NCBI RefSeq assembly: GCF_001447785.1
Contig: NW_015174849.1
Span: 16,760 to 80,759 of the forward strand
Source: Gekko japonicus
Lineage: Eukaryota
DNA: 64,000 nt
Reading direction: 5' to 3'
In this document: piece after piece, positions 23,141 through 36,310 of the stretch
How the letters are laid out: every line of letters starts with the position of its first letter
How positions within the stretch are numbered: the first letter of the stretch is position 1
Translations under genes and position numbers: made by a program
The notes under the pieces: model-generated
Told to the model about the DNA's origin: nothing
The model's database searches: none
What the model saw: the letters and a program-made list of their open reading frames with translations, nothing else

Positions 23141-25688
23141 GTGTTGGGCCCCCTGAGAAAAACGTGGGCCCCCTGAGCAAAAAGTTGTTAGCTACGGGCC
23201 TGATACACACAAATGCTGTTTTAATGTTTTGGTGTTTGCTGCCTTGGGAACCTACTTGACATTGAAATGTTTTAAATAAAAATTAAATAAACATGGGCAA
23301 TTAGAGCTGGGAACAGAGCAGGATGGGCCTGCTCAAATTGTCCTGCTCAAGCACCTGCCAGCACATAGGCTACTGGAAAAGTAGACAGGTGTCTGAAATT
23401 TGCAGGGTTTTTTTCCCCTCTCTGTGTAATTTCCTGTCAGCTTCCCATCTTGTTGCTTCTAACAGCCAACTTCACAGTTGATTGCACAGATAAGTTTGGG
23501 ACTTCTGTATACTCTAGGGATTCCCTAGTATGCAAAAAAACAACAACCCTTGCCTGTAATTTTTAAGACTAAGAAAAGGCAGCCTGATGATACTTGGCCA
23601 TGATTATTGCCCTTGGAATATTGACAGCAAAGTCAATTCAGGAGGAAAATAAGGCAGAGGAAGATGAGGAAATTAGCCTTTTCAAACCTCTAATATATAT
23701 TACCTTGGAGACAGTGGGATTTGGATGGGAGAGAAGTTTCTCAATGATGTACTACCCCATTGGTCCTTAAAGAATTTGAAATGGGTTGGCATACCTTACA
23801 TATCTTCTAGATGAAAGTTTAGATGTGCCTATAACACCATTTTATCAATGAGATTTTAATGTAGCTATTCTACTGCAGACTGACATGGCCAGCCTCTGGA
23901 ATCTCTATCAAGTATTACTTCCTAAACCCATTATAAACTGCTGAAGGCTCTTTTATGTTTGTCGTATGCTGAATTCCTTTATCTGCCAGTATGCGCTCAG
24001 TATAAACTGAGCCAACCCCCTCCCCTGATAAATACCTTTATTGGTATTTATTGGGTATTTACTCAGCCAGTTACCAAGTGGCCTACTGATTCAGCTATCT
24101 GAAAATGGCCACCCCCAAAAATCCGGAAAATATTCAGGATTTTGCAGGACCACTGGATAGCCATAGTTAAAGGGCACTCGAGGCTTGCAAACGGCATTTA
24201 AAGGAACCACATTCCCTTTAAATGCCTTTTCTTGCCTCCATTGGAAACAGTGGAGGATGGGGGTGGCTGTGTTGGACAGTCCAGTTTAAACCAGGCTGCC
24301 CAGCAGAGCCTGCAGGGAAAACTCTCCCCACAGGATCTGCCCCTGGGCAGGCTCTGTTGGGCAGTCCAGTCTAAACCAGGCTGCCGAGCAGAGCCTGCAG
24401 GGAGAAGCCTTGGCTGGGGCTGGCTTCTCTTTGCAGCTCAGTTTCATCTGAGCTGCAAAGAGGAGCCAGGCCAGGATCAGCTGGGGCAGCATGGAGCTCT
24501 CAGCGCCCGTTACCCCCGCTGATTGTCTTGGTTTTTCTCTTCTCGGGTCCATTACATCTGGAAAAATTCAGGAATCCTGAATATTTCCTGAATCTGAATA
24601 CCATACTGGTATTGGGATTTGGGAATATCAGGAAATACCTAAATTTCTTGGGATCAATACACACCCTTATTCAGCAGTAATCTGCCCTGTGTAGTTTCAA
24701 GGCCAAGTGTGAGTTTGTTCTTCAGGTTTAAAGTACTCAAGGAAAACATAGCTGTCTTAAAATCATTTATTATCAGTAGTTCTAAATAAATACTCAACAC
24801 TGAGGGCTGGCAGACTGTACCACTTGGACATTCGATTGTGTTACAGAAAATATACATCTCCTGGCTTACTCAGGGATTTACCTTCCAGACACACAAAGGA
24901 GGGGGACTGAATTCTCAAGAATGACAGTTCCAGCGGCTCAATCTACCATTTTCTAGCATTTTTCAATAAGGTGTACCTCAAAGGGAAAAGTAGAGGGGAT
25001 AGGAATAGGATTTGCCAAGATCACAAATCAGAAAATATGGACTCTCCCTGGTAAATAGTGACCTGAGGCAAAGCAGACCACCCCTTTGTAGAAGCCATGT
25101 TAGGTGACGTAAAAGTAATAAATGGGACAACTATAGCACCATCTTTTGTGTCAGCTAGGCCACTAGAAGAACACTTAGTGCCAAAATTTCCTTATAGTGC
25201 TGCCATAAGTAGAGTTACACCTTTCTGAGCTTCAATAGACTTCTATGTGTAAGTCTTATGTAACTTATGTGTTATAAATGCAAAACTTAACCTTTCCTCT
25301 GAGAACATATAAAATTTTCTTTCATACAAAGTTTGACTCTCATCAGATCTTTGTATTCACTCACTGTCGGTTTTTTGGAGACTCGCACTTTAACTGGAAA
25401 GTGTAAACTTTAGATCTTTTAACATTCAAAAGTTGCTTGTATGTTTATGCATTGCATAGCAATGTAGTAACATGCAGGACACCATCTTTACATCCTTACT
25501 GTGACAGCTGATATGTGTATAAAATTTGTGGATTTCTTTCCTGCCTTCAGTAAATTAAAATTATCAAATATAGCAGCTGCTAAGCACCTTGTTTTTCGAT
25601 GCTCAACTTACATAGCAGTGATATAAGTAAAAACAAACCTGTTATGAATACATTCTCTTCACACACAAGGCAGGGTTTTTTTCCAGTG

Positions 25689-25955
25689 ATCTGGGAGAAC
25701 CGGGTTTGATTCCCCACTCCTCCACTTGCACCTGCTGATGTGACCTTGGGTCAATCGCAAGCTCTGGCACAGCTGTTCCTGAAAGAGCAGTTTGTGTCAG
25801 AGTTCTCTCAGCCCCACCAACCTCACAGGGTGTCTGTTGTGGGGAGGGGGAGGGAAAGGAATTTGTAAGCCGCTCTGAGACTCCAAGTGAAGGGCGGGGT
25901 ATAAATCCAATCTCTTCTTCTTCTTCTTTTTCTTCTTCTTCTTCGTCTTCTTCTT
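25689..25955 (+). mobile_element. Squam3-type SINE, 5'-truncated, (TTC)n tail
   Basis: Homologous to the 22652 and 36528 copies. Confidence 0.8.
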
Positions 25956-27584
25956 CAGTGTGATATAAAAACAGGTCTATTAGTTGTTTTTAATAGAGAT
26001 CACCAATGAAAAATATATTTACTGACCCAATTGAAAAGAAAGTATAGTATAGACAGTGACAACCCCAAAAACTTTTTTTTCCAGAACTGTATTTATAAGC
26101 AACGTTTAGTCTAAAATAGATATTTTTACCAAATTAAAAAAAAATCTGTGTGAAAGAATGAGTCTCTGCTCCAACATGGAAAATGGAAAGCACCTAGTGT
26201 GTTACCTGGAGATGGTCTGAATTGAAAGATTACCGCATACAGAATGTCAGTCTTTCATAAGATGAAGAGACCAAGAATTTAATGAGTTCCTGCTTCCTGT
26301 GATGCGTGTGACAGGATTCCCTCCTGGATGATCTTTTCTGAGTAACTTTTTTTTCAAGTGTGCAGGTCTTATCCGTCTTCAAAGAACTAAAGTTTTCAGG
26401 AAACATAAAAAAAGAATTACCCTGAGGGGGAGATTCTGTTCCTTAGCCTTCCTCCCCCTGCTACTTTGTGCAGAGAGAACTTCAAGGAAACTTGAGAGCA
26501 TAAGTTCAGGCAGGCTCTATTCAGGGTGAAGAAGAACAATCTACAATTGTTCCTCAGATGACTTATTTTATTCCTATGAAGATTATTTAGTCATGGGGAT
26601 GGAGTTGTAAAGCTTTTTACCTTGTGATTTAGACCTCCTGATTTGGGGAATGTATTGAAGGGGAAGAAACTTAATGGTGTTTGACAGGCAGTCGTGTCCC
26701 TTGCTGTCTCCTGCTAGAATGTTTTATACACTTGTGGTCTGCTAAATATGCAGCTACAAAGGTAGATAAAGAAAGTGTTACTATGGCCACTGATAACAGA
26801 GAAATTAAGCCTGTATTAGTTTTCCACAGATATTACTAAGTAATATTGATTATTCACATAAAACTTTGCATGCACTCTTTGCTGTTGTACTTTTTAATAT
26901 ACTCAGGTGAGTAGCCTGAAGCAATAGAACAAACTTTGAATCCAGTGGCACCTGGACCCAAACTTTTTTTATTTATAGTCTGCCTTAGTTGCTGAGGCTC
27001 TAGGCAGATTACATAAATCACTACAATCAATAGAATAAGAAGACATCTAACAATGTAATAGGACTACAATTACAGAAAACTGAAACCAGGCAAAGTTTTA
27101 AACCTGACATGTTAAACAATGCAAGAAGCGGTACTGCATAAATAGAAACACCGTGCACTGAGAAGAAGGCAAAAACATACGTCAACAGATGATACATATT
27201 AGTAGCATGATCCACAGTTTTGTTCTCTATATTGGAACATCTTCCTGAACCATTCCGTTATAACCTAGCCCTATTCCTTTACAAAAATGCCTTCCTGAAC
27301 TGTTTTGTTGTACATAGTTTGTAGGAAGCTGAAACTGTGAGAGTCTTTCCATAAAGTAGGAGCAACTACAGAGAATTCTTATGTGTGGGTAGTTATTATT
27401 TCCCATTTGCAGAGTGGCACCAGTAGAAGGCACTGGTCATATGAGAAAAACTGTCATGTTGGAGCATAGGAGGAGAGGTGGTCCAAGGTCATGAAGAGCT
27501 TTTTATGTGATGGTCAGTACCTAGAGTTGAACCATTAACTAATGTGCAGAATGGGTATAATTTGCATGCACTGACTTTTCCCCC

Positions 27585-27784
27585 CTGCTAAGTTGCAGCC
27601 AGCTTACAGTGACCCTGTAGCATTTTAAGGCAAGTGATGTTCAGAGGTGGTTTGCCTGCCTGTCTCTGCATAGCAACCCTGGTATTCCTTGGTGGTCTCC
27701 CATCCAAACACTGGCCAGGGCCAACCCTGCTTAGCTTCCAATATCTGACTAGATTGGGCTAGCCTGGGCTATCCAGGTCAGGGC
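27585..27784 (-). mobile_element. 5S rRNA-derived SINE
   Basis: Minus strand has a 5S-like head (GGAAGCTAAGCAGGG...TTGGATGGGAGACCACC..GGAATACC) plus a non-5S tail. A second copy lies on + at about 41888-42000. Confidence 0.75.
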
Positions 27785-28035
27785 ATCACCTAATTCCTGA
27801 TAATAAACAAGCTGCAACATTTTGCACTAACTGAAGTTTTCAAGTTGATTTTGAGGCGAGATCTATATAAAGCACATGACAGTAGTCCAGTCTCAATATT
27901 ACTGTGGTGTAGATCCAGGTGGTCTCATCAGCCAACTCAAGGTAGGGGGCAGTCTTCCAAGCTAAACAAGGTTGGAAGAAAGTACTATTGTGACTGCATT
28001 AATTTGCTTCTCCAGTGGTCATGCTGTGTCCAATA

Positions 28036-28668
28036 TCTATATATCTAATTCTCAAGTGTGCCCCCTGTGTGTGGATGCTTAAATCCGCACACCGGGGGCA
28101 CCTGGGGGGGAGGGAGATGTTTGTGCGCACGTGGGGAGGTCCCCACGTCTGCACAAAAATCCGAAAACTTCAAAACAAAATCGGGGGATACTTAAATCCC
28201 CCCGAAACTGACAGAGCATCCCCTGCGCATGTGCAGGGAACGCTCTGCCGGTGCCCTCGCCGCCGCCTCACAGCCGCTTTGCAGGGGAGAGGGGGGAAGC
28301 GCCGAGGCCCGGCGGCTACAAGCCACGCAGGCCTCGCTCTCCAGCCGGGGGCCGGGGAGGAAGCGCCGAGGCCTGGCGGCTATGAGTCGCGCGGGCCTCG
28401 CTCTCCAGCCAGAGGCCCAAGCCGTGCAGGCCTCGCCTTCCAGCCGGGGGGCGGGGGAAGCGCCGAGGCCCAGCGGCTCCAAGCCGTGCGGGCCTCGCTT
28501 TCCAGCCGGGTGAGGAGGCAGGTGGGGGGAGATCGAGTGGGGGGGGCGATACGGATGAACCGGCGGGATGGAGGGAACGTTACCTGCTCCTGACTCCTCC
28601 GCCAGCTAAATGCAGAGCTCCGCCCCCCCGCTCCGCCCCCCCGCAAGTTTCACGGGTCGTCTGGCTTG
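28036..28668 (+). mobile_element. Non-autonomous Helitron with internal GC-rich tandem repeats
   Basis: 5' TCTATATATCTAATTCTC after an A. 3' hairpin CCCGcaagtttcaCGGG at 28640-28656, then CTTG followed by T. No TSD; L2 flanks rejoin. Confidence 0.7.
28293..28510. repeat. GC-rich minisatellite, about 3.5 units of 55-65 bp
   Basis: Repeats of GGAAGCGCCGAGGCC...GGCCTCGC.YTCCAGCC. Confidence 0.85.
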
Positions 28669-29074
28669 TAACACCTAGTTTCATGATCTAATCAACAAGG
28701 GTCAGGTGAACCCCATCGACGGTAGGAAGCATAATGTCCTTCAAGACCTCAGTCTTCCCAACAGACATTATCTCCATCTTGTTAGGGTTCACACAGGACA
28801 AATCTTTAACCAGTCTAAAGCACAATTCTGCCACCTCCTTCTGTTTCCAAATGTTTCAAAAAGATGGAGTTGTGTACTGTATCAAAGGCAGCAGATAAAT
28901 CCAGTAGAAGGAAAAAGAGACATGACCTTTGTCTACATTCAGCTCAGTCTACATCAGCTAAAGCAACCAGCACTGTCTCTGTCTCATAGCCTGGTCTAAA
29001 GCCAGACTGAAAAGGATCCAGAGCATGCTATTTATCCAAGAAGGCATGAGTTAGTCTGCCACTGCTTTCAGTTA

Positions 29075-30836
29075 TGTTGCCCAGAAACAGCATATTAGAG
29101 GTAGGGTATGAAGGACCCCTGTCACTCCACCACTATCAGGCAGGTTTTCCCACCAAAAGTTTTGTTCCCTACTATGACAGAGCAGCCCCAAGTAGTGTGT
29201 TAATATTTGTGGTTTTGGTAGTCTGTTTGTTCCACCCTGTCACAGAGAATATAATTTGGCTTTTAACCCTGTCGGGGAACTTGATGGGGAAAAGAGGAGT
29301 CCTCTTGTTTTACCGTTTGAAATGGCACTTGAGACAGAATAACATTCTAACAGAAATCTTAAGTTTATTGAACAGGCAAGGGATGAATAGGTGTAGTCAG
29401 GGATTGGAAAAGCTGTGGTAAAACCTGTTGATATTCCAAAGTACACTTCTTTTAACAGGCAAAATAATGATCTTGAAGCTTGTTGGCATATGTACAGGAT
29501 TAGCCCGCACAGGCCAGTCCAGGCATGATGAGAGGGAATCCTGTACTTTTCAATACATTAAACAAACCACGAGATGGTCTATAGTCTCTCTGGTTTCCAG
29601 ACAATTTGCCACCAGAACCTCTTTTCACTAGTCCCTGCCTTTCCTAAGGGAGAGATTCCAGCCCTTAGTTAGCATCTGGGACTTAACACATTAGCAACTC
29701 CAGAGATGCATGCTTTTTACCCTCCAATGGTAGCATAGACTTAGACTTGGAATTCAGTTACAACACCAGAGACAATTAGAAATAAGAAGGATCTTTATTC
29801 AGTACGGAGCTTAGCATAGACTACCAGAGATTACAAAAATAACAAAGGCTAGGGCTGTTTGCCTTAACTAAACATTAATGATTCATAGTTACCAAGTCAG
29901 GAGTATCCGTCCAAAATAGTCCAAGTACCAAGGGATTTTGAGGAGAAATCCCATCTTTGCACAACCATGTGCTCCAGTTCACAAAGCAGGTCCTTGTGTT
30001 CCAAGAGACAGCATTTCAGGTGCAATAAAACAGACAATGACAGGGGAGAGAGCAAGAGAACTCACTCCCATAGGGATCAAACAATTATACCCCAAGCTAA
30101 TCATGACTAGCCGTGGCCTTTGGCCAATCAGAGTAGCAGGGGTGTGTGGCCAATTTCTGGTTGCCATAGCTGTGTATAGATTGGCCAGGAGTTTGGAGAC
30201 CCCGCCTGCAGTCAGCTGACCCCAAACTCCAGCTACTTCATTGAGTATGTGACTTGTCGCATGCGGACCAGAAAGTGTAGCCATGAGGTCTGGCTTTTGG
30301 CATGAAAGTGTGAAAGAATGTGGGTTTATGGCGTGGCTATTGAGGCCATTTGACCTCACCATTTGGCTTGCAACAGGAAACAAGACACAGCATGTTATCA
30401 AAAGACATTGCAGGAGAAGGCATGTGAATATAGAAGCAATATACAGCATATATTCTAGGCTCTTAACAGGGAGAGATGTTTTACTTAGTATTTTAGTCAC
30501 AGCAACAATGTTTCTTCAGAGTTTCCAATGATAGTGCAGTTTTCCTGGAGTGGGTCTCTTTCTTTGAGCACGTAACTCACTCCTTTCTTGAAACTACAGT
30601 TTATTTCTGTCTCCTGAGTTATCTAAAACTGTTTCCTCTTCATATCAGACCCAAGGTCCTCCTCAGAGCTAAACACCCAGAGAAATAGGGCAGGAATTAA
30701 TCTTTTTCTCTGCAGAAGATATAACCCTGTTCCTTTTGGCTTGAAAGGGAGTTTCAGCACACTACCCAATCACTCTTGCCAAATAACCATCCCAGTTCTG
30801 ATATCTATGTAAAGTGTATTTCAGCTTAGGCTGACA
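29075..30836 (-). mobile_element. LTR-like / unclassified insertion
   Basis: Interrupts the old L2. Starts TGTTGCCC and has ...CTGACA at 30836; minus-strand AATAAA near 29794-29799. No TSD confirmed, boundaries uncertain. Confidence 0.35.
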
Positions 30837-30840
30837 TTTA

Positions 30841-32755
30841 GGGGAATTTCGCATTACCCTTTTAAGCCGTTTTTAAGTTGTTATTGTACTGGCTTGGAGT
30901 GAACCGGTACAGGGCTGCCATTTCACGCAGCCTTTCCCCTACTGGTAAGGAGCCGTCTCTGAAGTGGTTTGGCATTTCAGAGTGCGCCACTTTGTTTTCC
31001 CGCTCTCTTTTGCCCGCGTGGGTGATCTCTGTCCTTTTTTTTTTTTTTTTTAATTTTTCTTTTTCAGTGCACGGCTGCTAGATAGTTCGGTATCTCTGTC
31101 CTTTTTTTTTTTTTTTTTTTTGAATGTTCATTTTAGAGTGCTATGGTGCTATAGTGCTATAACATAACACCAAAAGAGCAACCCCATTGGAATGCCTGGA
31201 TTCCACTGGGATACATGAGATGGCTACATCTGCCACCTGGAAACAAGTACCTCATTGGACAGCAGGTGTAACAGATGTTGCTAACCCTTCCATGCCCACT
31301 GTGAGTCAGGGGAAGGTGATTGGTTGTCAGGTTGCCAGCTGGGGAGAAAATGCTCATTGGACAGCAGGTTTAGGCGGGAGATCAGGGCATCAGTGATTGG
31401 TGAGACAGATGTTGCTGACCCAGCCTGATGTGCATCCATCCATACCAAGAGGCGATTGGCTGGGAAGTGAATGGCACAGAACTGGATCAGGTATAAAGGG
31501 CAGGAAGGCAAACCCCTTATCTTTGTGGGCTGAAGTTGGTGAGTGGTAGGATTGTCTGGTTAGAGTAGTTTTGTGTGATTGTGTGAGAGGCTACTGATCT
31601 ATTAGTCATGGTCTCCATAACTACCTTGTTGCAACTGATCCTGGAGGTGTTGCAGATGATGATCAGCAGCACAGCAGCTTTAAGTGAGGTGCTTACGCAC
31701 TTCCTTCATCTCTCTAGGAGGAGGAGAACTGACATGCCTGTCTTGAGTCATGCACCCACCAGGTACAATTGGAGGGCATCTATCAGGGCATTGGCACCTG
31801 TCATTGCTGCCCATAGAGTCCCTCGATGTTGGTGGGTAAAAGAGAGGAGTGAGGACTGGTGGAACAACACTGTGATGGGCACATGGATCAATAAAGACTG
31901 GCTGAAGAATTTCCAGATGTCTAGGGCAACCTTTTTTGAACTAGCTGGTTCCCTGAGGCACCGTCTGGAGTGGCAGAACACTCACATTAGGATATCCATT
32001 CCAGTGTATAAAAGACTGGCCATCACCCTATGGTACCTGGCCAAACAAAAAGTATTCAGGGAACTCAGACATCAGTTTGGTGTGGGCCTGTCAACTGCAT
32101 TCCTTATTGTGAAGGAGGTGATTCTGGAGGAGCTCTTCAACATGAAGGTCTGCCTTGGAAATAAGCATAATTTCTTTGTGTTGAATGCAGAGCTTCCTGG
32201 ATTCTGTCATCCCCCCACAATGCAAGGACTCACAGTGGGCATAGAAGGGTTAGCACACCAATCACTGATGCCCTGATTTCCTGCCAAAGCCTGCAGTCCA
32301 ATGAGGTACTTGTTTCCAGGTGGCAGATGTAGCCATCTCATGTATCCCAGTGGAGTCCAGGCATTCCTATGGGGTTGCTCTTTTGGTGTTATGTTATAGT
32401 GCTATAACATCGTAGCACTCTAAAATAAACGTTAAAAAAAAATAACGGAGATCACCCACGCAGGTAAAAAAGGGCAGGAAAACAAAGTGGCGCAGGAGGA
32501 AGCAGTACGGGGCATTTTACACAGCACCCGTAGCGCTTCAGAAACGGTATAGAAAAGTGGAGACTGCTTGGAAACAGTTTGCAGGTAAAACGGTTCAGCC
32601 ATGTTTTCTGAATGGGACAAAAGCATTTCTGTATGAAAATGAAAATATATTCCGGTAGGGAACTGTTACTAAAATGGTTCTGTCTGAAATGTCAGACCAG
32701 AAACCGTTAGGGAACAGTTCCTGAACTGGAATATATCGGCTGTCTGATATTCCCC
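30841..32755 (+). mobile_element. PIF/Harbinger DNA transposon, internally deleted
   Basis: TIRs GGGGAATTTC / GATATTCCCC; TTA target duplication at 30838-30840 and 32756-32758; carries a transposase fragment. Confidence 0.85.
31608..32276 (+). pseudogene. Truncated Harbinger (HARBI1/ALP1-like) transposase, N-terminal HTH region only
   Basis: WWVKERSEDWW...W...DWLKNFQMSRATFFEL...L...IPVYKRLAITLWYLA...FRELRHQFGVGLSTA..IVKEV. The DDE core is absent. Confidence 0.8.
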
Positions 32756-33212
32756 TTAGTCTCTGAATTCTGATAGGAACACTACAGTTAAGGCAAAGGA
32801 GTCTTTTTCTTTCACTCTAAGGTGAACCTGTCTGACTTTTATGATATCTCTGATTCTGCTGCACTAAGAACCTGTTTTTTTAAGTGCACTCCATGATAAT
32901 TGGCCACAAAATTATTCTGTAGATATAGTGAATATTTTTGTAAATGAGGGGATGGAATGATGGCCTCCTTGAGTAGCTGGGGGAAGGTGTCATGAGACTG
33001 TGATTGATTTATGATAGTCATCAGTGACTCATTTATGTGGTCCTTAAACGATTTCAACATCCACCCAGGGTGGACAAGGAACTAAAGAACAAGTGGTAGC
33101 TTTCACAGATCCCAGGATCTTGTCAACAGCATGGTACATCACAGTAACTGAATCAGTCCCCCGGAGTGTTTTGGAATCCATTTGGATCCATGAGCCTTCA
33201 AGGGTGAACCAC

Positions 33213-36200
33213 TTTATTTAATTTGTAACCCACCCTCCCTGCCAAAGCAGGCTCAGGGCAGCTTAACAAGGCCATTTGGCTTCATAAAACAACATAAAAC
33301 CATCTAAGTACAGTACACAATACAGTTAAAAACAACTAAAACAGATTAAAACAGTATAACAACATTTTCATAAAGTGCAGTGTATAGTTTAACTAGATGT
33401 CTCAAGTGTAGGTAGTCTCCTATGACTATTCAGGTCCAGGCCACCGGGGGGGGGGGAGAGAAAGGGATGTCCACGGCCTCAATCAAAAGCCTGGTGGAAG
33501 AGCTCCATCTTGCAGGCACTGTGGAATTGTAATAAATCCCTCAGGGCCCTGATCTCATACAGGAGCTCATTCTACCGGGTGGGGGCCAAGGTCAAAAAGG
33601 CCCTGGCTATAGTTGAGGCAAGCCAGATGTCCCTGGGGCCGGGGACTACCAAAAGATGTTGGTTGATAGACCTCAGTGCTCTATGGGGCTCATATCGGGA
33701 AAGGCAGTCTCGAAGGTATGCTGGCCCCTGACCATATAGGGCTTTAAAGGTAAGCACCAACACCTTGAAATGGATCCGGTATTCGATGGGCAGCCAGTGC
33801 AGTTCATGCAGCACTGGGTGGATCTGAGCCCACACAGGCATCACCATCAATACCCATTCTGCACCAGCTACAACTTCCAGAGCTGAATCAAGGGTAGCCC
33901 CACGTAGAGAGAGTTACAATAATCCAATCTGGAAGTGACCATTGCATGGGTCACTGTAGCCAAATCATGGGGGGGTGAGATAAGGGGCCAACTGCCTGAT
34001 CTGTCTCAGGTGGAAAAAGGCAGATCTGGCAGTGGCAGTGACCTGAGCCTCCATAGAGAGGGAGGCATCCAGAAACACCCCCAGACTCTTCACCCTTGAC
34101 ATTGGCACCTATGGAGCCCCATCCAAGGTTGGGAGCCTGATTCCCTGACTCAATCTCCCACGACTCAGGTGCAGGACCTCCATCTTAGATGGATTTAACT
34201 TCAGTCGGCTCTGTCGTAACCATCCAGCCACAGCCTGTAGTTCCCTGTCCAGATCACCTGGGCCATGACTGGGTGGTTGTCCATCAGTAGGTAGAGCTGG
34301 GTGTCATCCGCATACTGGTGACATCCCAGCCCATATCTCCAGATAATCTGGGTGAGGGGGCGCGTATAGATGTTAAAGAGCATGGGGGAGAGAATTGCTC
34401 CTTGTGGCACACCACATTCCAGTGGGTGTCGTTAGGATAACTCTCCCCCAAGTGCCACCCTCTGTCCCTGACGTTGGAGGAAGGAGGTCAGCCACTGCAA
34501 TACAAGCCCCCTTTCCCCCACATCAACAAGGCAGTGGGTTAACACATCATGGTCAACCATATCAAATGCTGCTGACAGATCAAGAAGTATCATCAGCACT
34601 GATCCACCTCAATCCAGATGTCTTCAGAGATCATCTACCAGGGCAACCAGCACTGTCTCCATCCCGTGGGTAGGGCAAAAACCAGACTGGAAGGGATCCA
34701 GGACTTTAGCTTCATCCAAGAAGATCTGGAGCTGTGTTGCCACTGCCATCTCTACTACCTTATCCATGACCAGTAGGTTAGACACTGGAAAGTAGTTGTT
34801 AAGGAATGTAGGGTCCAGCGATGGTTTCTTGAGGAGAGTTTGGACGACTGCCTCATTCAGTCGCCCTGGGAAGGTCTCCAATAGAAGGGACAGATTGATA
34901 ATCTTCCACAGGGGGGTCTGCACCTCATCGCCGCAAGGGATCTAGGAGGCATGTGGTAGGCTTCACAGCTGCCAGGGTCTTCTCAACATTGTCCTGGGAG
35001 AGCGGTCAGATGCAATGGAGCTCGCATACATAAGAACATAAGAGAAGCCAATGTTGGATCAGGCCAATGGCCCAGCTAGTCCAACACTCTGTCACACAGT
35101 GGCCAAAAATACCAGGTGCCATCAGGAGGTCCAGCAGTGGGACCAGGACACTAGAAGCCCTCCCACTGTTGCCTCCCAAGCACCAAGAATACAGTACATT
35201 GCCCCAGCCTGTGAGTTCCTATCTATACCTTGTGGCTAGTAGCCACTGATGGACCTCTGCTCCATATGCTTATCTAATTCCCTCTTGAAGTTTTCCATGC
35301 TTGTAGCCGCCTCCACCTCCTGTGGCAGTGAATTCCATGTGTTAATCACTCTTTGGGTGAAGAAGTACTTCCTGTTATCTGTAGAAGTGTCTCTTTGTGG
35401 CCTTCACTGCCATCTCATAGGTTCTCATGAACAACCTATAGGATGCTCTTGTAGCATCATCACAAACTCGCTGCCACCCTCTCTCTAGTCGTCTTAGCTC
35501 TCATTTGATCCGCCAAAGCTCCAGGGTATACCACAGAGCTAATTTGGTACGAGCACAAAGAGGACACTTGGGAGCAACCTCGTTGATGGCTTCAAAAAGA
35601 CAGGATTGCTAGTCTTCCAACAGCACATCCAACGGGCTACCAGGGGGAATTGGATCCCACAGGGCTTCCTGGAACCTGCTGAGGTTCATTTGGCTCTACA
35701 GGCAATAAATTTGCTTGCCGCCTAAACAGGGAGGGTTAGGGATACCCAGCTGAGCCTCCAAAGCCAGATGGTCCGAACATGGTACTGCATTTGCAGTAAT
35801 CCGGTCCCTGAGGCAAAGATCAAGTCCAGCGTGTGGCCTGTTTGGTGTGTGTGGGGGGGTCAAAACAAACTGGGAGAGTCCCACTGCCGCCATGGATGAC
35901 ACTAGGTCCATGACCTAAGAGGAGGTCACATCATCTGCATGCATGTTGAAGACACCCAAGACCAAAAGTCTGGGGTACTTCAAGGCCCAGCTAGATACAG
36001 CGTCCAACAGGCCTGGCCTGGCATTTGCTGGTGCATTAGGTGGTCGGTACACCAGCCAAATGGCCAAACTTTCCTCGGCCTCCCACTCTATGCCCACACA
36101 GTCAGTGCCAGCTATCTTTGCCTCAGGGAGTGGTCTGAAGGAGAAAGCCTCCCAGATTAGTAGCACCACTCCCCCTCCGCCACACATTAGTCTGGGACTG

Positions 36201-36310
36201 GTGAAGGATTAAGAAATCTGGTGGGGCTAGTTGACTCAAGGCAACCGTTTCACCCTCCCTCACCCAGGTCTCAGTCACACAAGCCAGGTCTGCTGTCTGC
36301 TCCACTAGAT
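33213..36310 (-). mobile_element. Younger L2 LINE (endonuclease and RT, frameshifted), interrupted by CR1
   Basis: ADLACVTETW, GGGVVLLI, VYRPPNA, LDPFQSGF, PQGAILSPMLFNIY, HQYADDTQLY, LHWLPIEYRIHFKVLVLTFKAL. Confidence 0.9.
35027..35382 (-). mobile_element. CR1 LINE 3' end inserted in L2
   Basis: Near-identical to 4992-5328; (CATAAGAA)n tail. Confidence 0.85.

Larger units (their letters stand above)
26963..33190 (-). mobile_element. Old L2 LINE broken into pieces by later insertions (about 26963-27570, 27790-28035, 28669-29074, 32880-33190)
   Basis: Degenerate L2 motifs in colinear order: 3' tail at 26963, RLDYC...KLQLVQN near 27810-27900, LDPFQSGFRPGYETETVL near 28970-29025, LKEAII...NY near 32890-32990. 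Confidence 0.65.

Noticed and set aside
23200-26960. Possible upstream ALCAM exons (Ig2/Ig3) in unique AT-rich sequence
   Set aside because: No segment matching motifs such as KEGDNITLKC or DVRRNATGDYKC was found by eye; tblastn is needed to exclude them.
27660-27784. 5S rRNA gene (also about 41888-42000)
   Set aside because: Diverged, lacks the 5S ends and T-run terminator, and is fused to SINE-specific sequence.
28015-28646. ORFs of 88-192 aa and a CRISPR-like repeat pattern
   Set aside because: GC-rich minisatellite inside the Helitron; no unique spacers, no cas genes, and the DNA is eukaryotic.
31608-32276. Domesticated HARBI1 host gene
   Set aside because: Lies between TIRs with a TTA TSD and lacks the DDE catalytic domain.
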